Assembly: GCF_000143415.4 (NCBI RefSeq)
Contig: NW_003314369.1
Coordinates: forward strand, 186,001-250,000
Reading direction: 5' to 3'
Source: Selaginella moellendorffii
Lineage: Eukaryota > Plantae > Lycopodiophyta
DNA length: 64,000 bases
Part shown: positions 40,340 through 50,524 of the stretch, piece by piece
How the letters are laid out: every line of letters begins with the position of its first letter
Numbering within the stretch: the first letter of the stretch is position 1
Notes under the pieces: model-generated
Told to the model about the DNA's origin: nothing
Database searches by the model: none
Seen by the model: the letters and a program-made list of their open reading frames with translations, nothing else
Position numbers and translations under genes: made by a program

Positions 40340-42070
40340 TCTTCAACGCTCCTGTTTTGAGCGTGTATAGAGAGCATTGTGTTTGTGGTTGGAAAAGAAG
40401 CATTGCTTCCACAACTTGTCCAAGTTCCATGTGTAAATGTCTCGCGGGGGTATCTTGTCGAAACTGGCAATGCTGGCAATATCCTGCCAGAAGGGTGCAG
40501 ATTTGATACTCAGGCCATCAATACTGAAAATCGAGTTATGATTCTTTCGTGCGACTAGCATCGTATGAAGAAATGCTGTGACCAGGCATAGCATCTACAG
40601 AATCAACAAGATGCCCACACATGGCATATGCCGAAAGAAATGTGTTCGACGTCATCTATCGTGCTTGCTGTTGAAAAGCTTCTGGCTTCGGCCACCTCTA
40701 AAAGAGCGGCATTACATGTAACAAGATCGCCGGAGAGGGACATGGAAGCTGGCGGCGACCAGGCAAGGTTTTGACGAGATGCCCGGCAATGGTTCGTGCA
40801 GCACGGAGATCCGCAGGAAGCCAGGAGAATCCTGAATGAGGCAATGCCGGAGTACAACCTCTACTGCTGGAATACGCTGCTGGCAGCCGTAGTGAAGCCT
40901 GGGCAAATCTTTGATGCAATGCCCCAGTGGGACCTGGTCAGCTGGACACTTCTCCTCTTCTCGCTCGCCCAGCACGGCGGTGACCTCAATCAAGCAGCTC
41001 TTTGATTCACCGTTCACTACCTAGCCCTCGCACTTGATTTTTTATTTTGCGGAAAGATTTTTGAAGCCGAGCAAGTAAACCAACTGGATCAGCCCGGTCA
41101 ACCGCCATACTCACGGAAGGAAGAACCCCAAATCTCAAAGTTTGGCATTACACACACACCCACACAAAATGTGTGACACAAAGGGATTGCATTAAAGAGA
41201 GGATGAAATCTCAATTTCATCCGGTTCTTGTATGTAATGAAATGCATAGTACTCACTAGATGTCTGCTGAAGAGGATCTTGCTTCCTGCCATGCACTAGT
41301 GAGGAACCAGATTTAAAATGATAAAACCTAGACATACCATATGGTAACAAGAATCATCCTCTGGGTCATCTGCAAAAGAACAGGTCAGATTAGCTACCTT
41401 GCTTGAGCTTAAGCCTTACCAATCTTGAGGACACTTAACACACTATCCTTGGGTTTGTGGGCGTGCCTGATTACTATTAAGGATTTTGCTTTGGTCCTTG
41501 AATGGTGCAACTAGATTTACACGCCTCATTCAGGCCTTGAAAGGATGGAGCACTGTCCAAGCAAAGTATGGACCTCATCATCTACGCCACTTTGCAATCC
41601 ATCTCCCCAATGTAGGTACTAGATACTGATCTGTCGTTTGTAGACATTGTAACGGGCTGAGTGTTCAATTTAAACAAACCCTAACTAAGTGTTGATGTGG
41701 CAAGTGAGTTGTGTTCTTGAGCATCAGAATGAGAATTTTTAGACAGTTACATGGTCAATTGCAATACTATAAACATATTCCCAAGATGCTTGTGTGAATA
41801 TGCCCACAATGGGCATATTCCTGATGCAAAAAGAATTTCGCCGAATCCAGAAGATTCTTTGACGAGATCCGAAGATCTTTCGCTGAATGCTGGAGAGGAG
41901 CCTGATCTCTCTGGTGGCGGCGTATGGCTACCGGAAAAGATGGCCGAGATTGACGCAGCGATGGTGGGAGCGATCGGTAGGAGAATCCTGAACAAGATAC
42001 TGCTCAGCGGGAGTGAAGAAGAGCCTGGCGGCGCCTCCTGCGGCGCAAATCTTCGATGCAATGCCTAACC
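40340..42070. pseudogene. Cluster of PPR gene fragments on both strands
   Basis: 'FDKIPPRDIYTWN' (-), 'EARRILNEAMPEYNLYCWNTLL..IFDAMPQWDLVSWT..AQHG' (+), 'YAHNGHIPDAKRI' (+). Confidence 0.7.
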
Positions 42071-42329
42071 GGTATCGATTGGCTTACCGGTGGCTTTCCT
42101 ACAAATATAGAAGGAGATGAAACTTTTGACAGGAGTTATGCAAGAGAGAAGGCTCTTAGCACTTGAGGAACGCAGGTGGAGGCAGCCTTGGAGGTCTAAA
42201 ACGAAGGGAAGCCCGAGTGCCATAAAACAGCAGACCTGCGCTTCTCGAATGATCCGAGTTTCTCGCTACTGGAAACACTTTTACTTGAAAAAGAAACAAA
42301 CCATTCCACTTCTCTACCACTATGATCAT

Positions 42330-42820
42330 CCCGAGGACGGTCTTAAGCTCACGGATAGAAGGCCTTGATCTCGTCGATTCTAAAGGAGAAGAAAGCAGAA
42401 GGAAAGAAACTTGTTTTATTCGCTTTTATAATAAAAAGAACTAAATGTAAAGCTAGGTACGGGCCTTCCCGCCTGAACCACTCGCCCGAGTCATAGATGT
42501 CTACTGTTGAAGCTAAAACTCTTGCCTCTCGCGGCTGCACACGAAGATGGAGGTGAGCCGCACAAAGTTCACGAATCCGAAGGTGGCCAGGCAGAGCAAC
42601 CCGGCGCCTGTGCAGGCGACCGTCATGCCCTTACTGGCTTGACAAAAAAGGCATCCAGACTTGAGATAGAGGTGGGGAACGCAGCAGTGGGAGTGTACGT
42701 ACCCTTTGCGGAAGCCTGAAGAACACAAGCTCCAGCTCTGTGACGACTTCCCCACTAGCAATCGCTCCTGTTCGCCACATTGTGTGTGCCATACAGTCTT
42801 GTTGAAGGAAGGATATTTAT
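42330..42820 (-). pseudogene. F-box/kelch-like remnant (paralog 3)
   Basis: 'GMTVACTGAGLLCLATF..SIFVC' and 'VDIYDSGEWFR' are paralogous to the genes at 21 and 23 kb. Confidence 0.6.
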
Positions 42821-42933
42821 ACTCCCTCAGTGGTCATGTCGTTTGGTCATGTCATTGTTTGACATGGCTTTGGAAGATCAAGAGTCTGCGATTGCATTTG
42901 CAATAGTCCACAAATGTCACTGTGATTGATTAG

Positions 42934-43219
42934 CATACTTGCATTCGAACGGGTACGATTAATAAAAAACGCCGTTTAAAACGTGCGTATAATACGGCGT
43001 TTAAAACGGCGTTTAAACACCAAGAATATTTTAAAAAACCCTAAAGAATATGCTTTCTTTTACTTAGGATTAGGGTTCATGTAAAATCAGGGTTCGATAA
43101 AATTAGGGTTCGAAAAAAACTGAAAACCATTATACCCGTTCGAAAAAAAGCTAAACGGGTATTAAACGTTCGATACCCGTTCGAATCCGGTTGCGTTCGA
43201 ATGTTCGGATGCAAGTATG
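42934..43219. mobile_element. hAT-superfamily MITE (286 bp)
   Basis: 17-bp TIR CATACTTGCATTCGAAC / GTTCGGATGCAAGTATG (1 mismatch); 8-bp TSD TTGATTAG on both sides; subterminal CCCGTTCGAA repeats. Confidence 0.92.
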
Positions 43220-43299
43220 TTGATTAGAAAGCTCTTTCATAGATTATTGCAAACCAAAGGTGCGATAAAACCTTTGTCGTTGTTCTGTCTCTAAAAAAT

Positions 43300-44460
43300 T
43301 TTGCTGTGTGAAGGCCGGATCCTCGCCCCCGTATTTCCCATCCAGCCCGATTCCAAAGCCTCTGCGATCCACAAACGTTCTCCAGGAGCTGGCTGTGAGG
43401 TGGAAGAAGCAACGTGTCTGCAAACTCCACAGCATCCTCCACAATCTCCTCAATCTTCTTTTTGATGGCTTTCAACTCTGCCTCACTGGCCAGTCTTTCT
43501 TCCAGCAAGTACTTCTTGAAAGGAGCGATGGGATCGCAAGCATCATACTTGCTCTTTTGCCCTGGACAGAAAGAAAGAACAAAATTTAGCTTCCAAAGAA
43601 CCAAAGAAAAGAGTGAAGAACAAAGTGAGGCACTTACCAGGCTTGCAGAGCTCGTCTGAATCAGTGAGAGAATAACCTCTATATACTGATAAGTCTCACA
43701 CTCCAGTAATGTTGGGCGTCACCCTCCGAGCTCCCTTGGCCACCTTGCCGACTTTGAGCACATCCATTCCATCGATGTGAACTCCATGCATAGATCTACG
43801 GCACTGACATAGCTCGAAAGTGGTCCATGCCGATCGCCCAGAGGTTGTTCTCCACCACGTGGACAATCGGCAGCTTCCACAGCACTGCCATGTCCAAGCA
43901 CTCCAAGAACTGCCAATTGTTGCAAGTCCCATCTCCGAAAACGCCAGTGTCACTGCGTTCACACTGAGATCCTTGAGAACTTCCTGCAAGAACTTGGTCG
44001 AGAAGGATGCTCCAGTTGCCCATTACCGATGAAAGCAAATCCTCCCAGCAGCAGAGAACATATGCATGGATCCACCTTGGCCGCGGCAGCAGCCAGTGGA
44101 TTTGCCGAAGAGCTCGCTCATCACTTGCCTGGCAGGGATGCCTTTGCTCACCGCGTGGACGTGATTGCGGTAAGTACTGCAAATGTAGTCCCCTTGAGCG
44201 CCTTGATGAATCCCGTGGACACGGCCTCCTGTCCACTGTTGGACGAATACAAACATCTTGCTCCTATAATACATCTGCCCAAGGATCATGTCCTCGTAGA
44301 GCCCCAATCCCTCCTCCCTCCTCACGAGCTGGAGAGATTCCTTCACAGGGGCCGCTGTGGAGGCCAGCAGCAGCACAGCTGATCCATGGAAATCCTGGCC
44401 CTCCTGCCCGCAAACGCGCTGCTCCTTGCATATAAGAATGTCTGCCAAATCAACCATAGC
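43300..44460 (-). pseudogene. Plastid pyruvate dehydrogenase E1-alpha pseudogene
   Basis: 'LYEDMILG', '[37 protein letters not shown]', '[38 protein letters not shown]', 'DPIAPFKKYLLE'. Many frameshifts; one intron retained (~43563-43636). Confidence 0.92.
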
Positions 44461-44581
44461 AGCATATCAGCCGCACTACCTTTCTCCTTTCAAAGCCAAT
44501 GGTCTTTGCAATGTATTGAAAATGCCAAAACATACCTGTAGTTACAAAAAAGAACTTTAAAACTTTTATACATATGAATTC

Positions 44582-44749
44582 CTCAAAAGCACTGCTGCGA
44601 GGTTAGAGTGGGAAACCAAACGTGTTTGTATATTTGTGATTTATAGCTAAGGGGCACAGTGCTGCTCTTTTGAGACAAAAGTACCAGTAGAGGGCCTGTG
44701 CGACCGTGATACAGTTGAGTGTGGTCGGGGCCATCTATTGAGGACATCC
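44582..44749 (+). ncRNA. Candidate box H/ACA-like structured RNA
   Basis: Hairpin, ACAAAA (ANANNA, 44675), second hairpin, ACA (44744). No target identified. Confidence 0.25.
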
Positions 44750-44889
44750 TTATGTCAAGCATAAAATCTTGATTCCATTTCTTCTTCTTTTTTCATAATT
44801 TGATGGAGGCAAACTAAACCCTAAGCGAATATGCTAGCGCTTTTAATAATCCTTTACTTTTCTCACTGTAACAGCATTTTAAACACGCC

Positions 44890-47740
44890 AAGGACTCCTC
44901 TTTTTGCTCAAACGCTTGGGCTCTTCATCAACACTCTCATCTTGCTCATTACTAGGTAAAACCTACAAATAAAACATAAAAAATAGTAATAAAAGCATTA
45001 AAATAACTTACCAAATGGATATAGACATTCATGAACCTTTGGCACAAGCACAATCATCTTTTCAGATTTTTTGACTTTGGAAATCAAATTATCCAATGCT
45101 TGATCAATCATAAAAACCATGGCGTAGTTCCCATCTGAAAAGATCCACAATTACCACCCACAAATAGAAGTTAAGTACCTTCCATCCATTGCTCTATCGT
45201 CCATATCTTCTTTTGAAAGTCTTCTTCACACTTGGCTTGCTGTCCTTCCCAAACATCCCTGTTACATTACATTACATTAAGCATTTTATAAAGGTTTTAA
45301 TACCTGTGTTTACTCTCAATAAATAAAAAGAAGTCCTGCAACTTGTTCTCAACATCCACCAGCTGCAGATGGATGAAGCTATCAGGTCCGTGGCTCCCAA
45401 CACCAACCCAATAAAATTGCTGACTGTTGTCTTTTAGAAAGGCCTGAAATACGTCTGCTGTATGTATCTGACGAGGCTGACGTGTTGGACGTCCAAACTT
45501 TGCACCAGCTGGCACCCGGAACTTCAAAGCTTGCATACTTCCAGGAATGTGGAAATTGGAGGGAAGAATTTCTTTGAGCCTGAACTCAAATACTGTTCCC
45601 TCTCCCTCACGATCATGAAAAAGCCGCAACATATGTATCATCAACACAATGGACATCAGATCAAATACCTCCTTGTCTATGGGATTAGATCTTAGTTTAG
45701 GTGGACACAAATTGAGCTCCGCCACATGTAGGTTCTCAACGAGATGGTAAATGAGGAATGGAGAGAACATGATGGAGAAAGACCGCATTCCATCAGCATC
45801 TTCATCTTTTGATAATTTAATCTTCTTATTAGATGACAGCTCCTGTACATTGACACCACATAAGTTTTGCAATAACTCTGAAATATCAAAAAAGCACCTC
45901 GTTGCGTAAGAGTCCAACTAAACCGCAAGACTCTAAACACCCCCACTTATCTTCGTATTTGCTACCTGGCCAAACTTGTTCTTCCCTACTGATCAGGGTC
46001 CCCAGCAGCGCAACATAAAAAGCTCGCAACACCAACAAATACCTCTCGTCCTTAAGGTACCCAAAATAAAAACCATGTCTGATATTACCCCATGCAGTCT
46101 CAAGGAGATCGATTTGGGTGAGATCTTGATTCACCTGTAACAAACATAGAAATTTTCACATCACATCAAGGGAAAAACAAAAAAAAACAAAAAAGAACAG
46201 AAGAAACCTTTTCATAAAACTTCGAAGCATCCAAAGGAAGGTGGTCAGACATCAACCCTCTCAAAAGGTGTTCAAGCATGCGAGGATTCCCTCCTGATAA
46301 CTTTATCAGGTTCCTTAGTCCGTCCTTCAGCTCAAATGGTTTCTCCATGTCCAGAGTATTTCCTAGTCTTGTAAGGAAGATTTTCGTAACTCTAACCACC
46401 TCCGTCTCTTTCAAAGGCCTGATAGGTATAAAAATACTTGTAAGCTTCTCTGTTGATGTGTAGCGCATTGTGGCCCCGGCAAATTGGGTCGTTGCTGCTG
46501 TAAGTATAGGAAACGTCAGGCTCCCTCGGCTATCTTTGATATGTTGAACATAGGCCGAGAAAGCATCATGAATCCAGGACGATGCAGGTGGGCGGCCCGG
46601 CTCAGGTTGGGCCTTGTTGACTTCATCAAAAAACCAAGATAGACTTATCCGCAGGAACCTTAAGACCAGTTCGAATGAAGTCGATCACATCTCCCAAAGT
46701 CAGCACATTCCTCAGGCCTGGAAATTTGCCATCCAACCCCCTGAGAAAGCAGCCATAACCAGTAGTATTCATTGGACAAAGAGCTGCATGAAGGCACCGA
46801 AGGGCCAAAACCTGTTTGGCTGCCAGGCCGTTCTCCAGGTGAATTACATGCCCTGCCCTAGTAGTTTCAACCGAATGATACATTGTAAGATCTTTGCCGG
46901 TCTCCAACACGTTGTTCCCCATTTCTTTGAACTGTTTTACGAGCCTTTTGTCGCCTAGCTGATCCTCTAGAAGGCCATCTATATCCCCTGTTTTAGTGTC
47001 CCTCTCCCACGCTTCTCTGAGAAGAGCTGAGAGGCATGTCCCGACAGTTGTTTTACCTGCGCCGGGAATTCCAATGAGCATCAACAAGAACTCTTTTCGT
47101 TCAATATCCGAGGCATTGGCCGTCGTGTTCATGAAAGTTCCAAACACCCTTGCAGCGGCTGCCATGAAATGCTGAATCGTCTCCTCCCTTCCGACCAACG
47201 TAAAATAATCTCCCAAGTCCGTATGTAAACACGGCGGCCCACCGTTGTCCAGAAGAGGCAACTTGCAGGTTGACACCCTCGTCTCAGGCATCCCGTGAAA
47301 ACACCTTGCGCGCTGCAGTTTTTCTCCGTATACATCCAGCAACTTCGACACTACAACACAAACTGATGCAAAACGAACTCATTATAAAACAACGGAAGAA
47401 AAACCATACAAGAGGAAGTGCTTACCTGGCGCAGCTTGAAGTGTTATTGCCGCTGAAACAGAAATGTAAACTTGTCAGTTAGGCAAATACATAGCCACAC
47501 ACATGGAAACAGGTGCAGCCAGAGAATCCAAACATAGAGGAGGCAATAAGCAGCCAGCCCACAAAGGCAAGTCAACCACTTACTCTCAAGCTCCCGCAGC
47601 TTTTCATCCCACAGCTGCTTCTTTGCCTCCCGCAGCTGCTTCTTTTCCTCCCGCAGCTGCTTCCTCTTCTTGGTATCCTTTTTCTTTTCGATTTGCTTCT
47701 CAACTGTTTCAATTTTCTCCTCTACGCTATCCAGCTCCAT
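44890..47740 (-). pseudogene. Second class of CR-type gene (coiled-coil header, P-loop NTPase, PD-(D/E)xK nuclease), frameshifted
   Basis: Header KQLREEKKQLREAKKQLWDEKLRE; Walker A GIPGAGKTT; Walker B ILVF/DE; GGNPR; nuclease 'GPDSFIHL...LFIESK'. Frameshifts near 46630 and 45920; 3' end uncertain. Confidence 0.75.
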
Positions 47741-49471
47741 GCTGGGCTGTTAACCCTAGCCACCCTTAAATCTTTTATAAAGAAACTAGTGGAAACGCTA
47801 AATTATGGTTTATATTAAAGATACTTAACAAAATTAATATTAAACACTAATTATAAATGAATTAGTAAAAAATCAAGGTGGTGACACTCCTCTAGCATAG
47901 ATTGAGGACCACTACCATAACATAAAGCAGCTCATGCCAAAGTTAAAATATATAATAGAGTAGTTGCCTTTCTTTGACGAATAATGAGTGGTTTAGTCAT
48001 GACATAGTATTAGATGGTATGACCATTTTTTCAGAGGAATTTAGGTGGTAACATTGTTATAACAATGGTTTTGTGCATAAATATAATAACATACAATTAT
48101 GAAGATTGTCTTTTATATATATTATGGCCTATCTAAGGCCTTAAACATCATCTAACATACTCCCTTTTGATGCATGGGCAATCCCATTAATGTGATGGTA
48201 TGCTCTAAGTACACATGAAAGCTTTCTACATTACTTTGGTTATATATATGATTGCAAAGGCGTAGTAACTCTTTGAAAACTAAACCACTATGTGCATCAA
48301 CAATCAAGAGGGACTTTACATATGTATCTCATGAAAAATCTTAAAGTGAGGCCATATTGGATAGTATGACCATTTTCATACTATCTAAAGTTATGCTAGT
48401 ATGTAAAGTCCCTAGCATGACTTTACATAGTATGAAGTATAGTCATAATATCCAATGATACTTCATACTATAACCATGAAGTATGTAAAGTCATACTAGC
48501 ATATGTATAACTAGCCTATGTCCACTTCAATATGAAGTGGACATATTGAAACACATGTATAGAATTAACTCTTTGTGAAACTTATTCTAGCCAAATATAA
48601 ACCACAAGAACTCTTAATGGACTCTATTTCCGGACTCTATGGACGTCCAATTGATCACTCAAAACCACTGCAATTTTGATCACTCAAAATCACCACTTTA
48701 TAGCCTAGATTAGGATATGATACCCATGTGACACTTATAGTTAGTATTGCAATCATGATAGCTCATCTCTTTCAACTATATCTATCTTGATAGCATGTTA
48801 TCTATAAAAATGCCATTGTCAAATGATTGGAAGGTGAATAGGGGGCCTATGAGATTAAAGCCCACACAAAAGGAGGGAAATGGTCATAATCAAAAGATCA
48901 TAAATTTGCATTCAATGAGACATGAATGAGACAAATGTTAAATTCTAATGGTTGTTATATTATTAGTTATATGGCAGTTTTGCATATTATAGGCAATCTA
49001 AGTTAGATTCATATATAGGATACCCCACATTAATATGATATGCAATAAAAAATTAAAAATAAAAGAAAGATATACCCATTTATTCTTTATTTTAATATCT
49101 TATGTATTAAATTGTACTAAGCAGATATGGCAAGAAAAATGTGATTGCATAAATCTGAAAAGTTCAATTCAAAATGAATGAATGATACTTTTAAACACAC
49201 TTAAACACTATTTAAATATGTTATGAATAATATTTAAAGATGCTTCTAATGTATTTTTAAAGAAACTTGTTTATTCGCTTTTATAATAATAAGAACTAAA
49301 TGTAAAGCTGGAGAAAATGGAAATGAAATAGAACTGAAAATATAGTTCATAACAAGTGTAAAATCATGAAAATAATTATTGAAAGAAAACAATTAATAAG
49401 TTTTTTTAGATTAAACAAAACAATCATTCTTAAGAAATATGTTTACTATTCTTTAACTAAACAAAACAACT

Positions 49472-50189
49472 TTACAGAAACACTGGGGTCTTGGTGAAAA
49501 ATTCCGTGACCACCAACGCCAGGAATCCAAGCATGGCCGTCCGCCCATTCCAGCGCTCGGCCATAGCTCTAAACGGACCCAAAGATCGGCTATCAGGGCT
49601 CTCTCCCTTAAACAGGGGAACCAGCGACGCATACGCAAAGAGCTGTGCCACCGCCAAGAAATTAAACAAGCCAAAGTTGCCTGGGGCGTAGAGTTGCTCG
49701 GCCACCGTTTGTCCCGTCATCCTCTCCACCGCAAATGCCCACAAGATTCCAACCATTGCCTGTACAATTAGAGATCAATCAATCCAAAGTTGCATAGATC
49801 TCCAAATTGAAGGAAGAACTTACCAGTCTGCCATTGATCGTCTCTGGGCCAGCGCCATCAAACGCCATCAAGCTCGCGAACGATCGATCGCCCGTCTCCG
49901 GCCGCCTCTCAATCTCCGGCCTCGGCCACAATGCTCCGGACGATGGCACCGCTCCAAACACAGACCGCTTCTCCGACTCGTTCTCGGCCTGGTTCTTGAG
50001 AACATCCTCGCGGCTGATCTCCTTCTTGGTCTTGTCCAAAACGCTGCTGATTCCATCGCCTCGTCCAGTGTCCGAGGAAGCTCTCACTGGCAGCAGGATC
50101 AAGGAGCGATTGGATCGAGACTTGGGCGCGGCGGATTTGGAGAGCCAGGAAGGGATTGTTGCAATGCTACTGCCTGCTGCGAGTGCCAT
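49472..50189 (-). CDS. ELIP: Early light-induced protein (LHC superfamily), 2 exons (50189-49824, 49759-49472)
   Basis: Transit-like N-terminus, 'FDGAGPETINGRLAMVG' and 'AERWNGRTAMLGF'; 64-bp GT-AG intron. Confidence 0.93.
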
Positions 50190-50289
50190 TTTGCAGAAAA
50201 ATCGCAAAGCAGTGAAAGATCGCTAGAAAAGCGTGGAAGAACTTGGCTAGAAATGACTATGGAACGATATGCTTCTTCTACTACAGGAT

Positions 50290-50350
50290 TGGGTTTTATA
50301 TACAAACGAAATACAACACGTGGCAACGCCTAATGCTTCATACACGTCGT
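50290..50350 (-). promoter_or_regulatory. ELIP promoter: TATA box and G-box/ABRE
   Basis: TATATAAAA on the minus strand (50294-50302), CACGTGGC (50317-50324) and ACACGTC (~50342). Confidence 0.6.
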
Positions 50351-50524
50351 AGAAAGAATTTCGCAATGTGTCGCGAAATATGCGGCGAAATATGCGGTAA
50401 AACGTACCTTTAATACTCCTCTCTTCTGGCCTAAAGGCGATTGTTTTAAATTTGCTAGAATATGCTCACTATCACATCCACCGTTAAAATCTCAACGATG
50501 GGATTTAGGGTTTCTTGATGGAGG

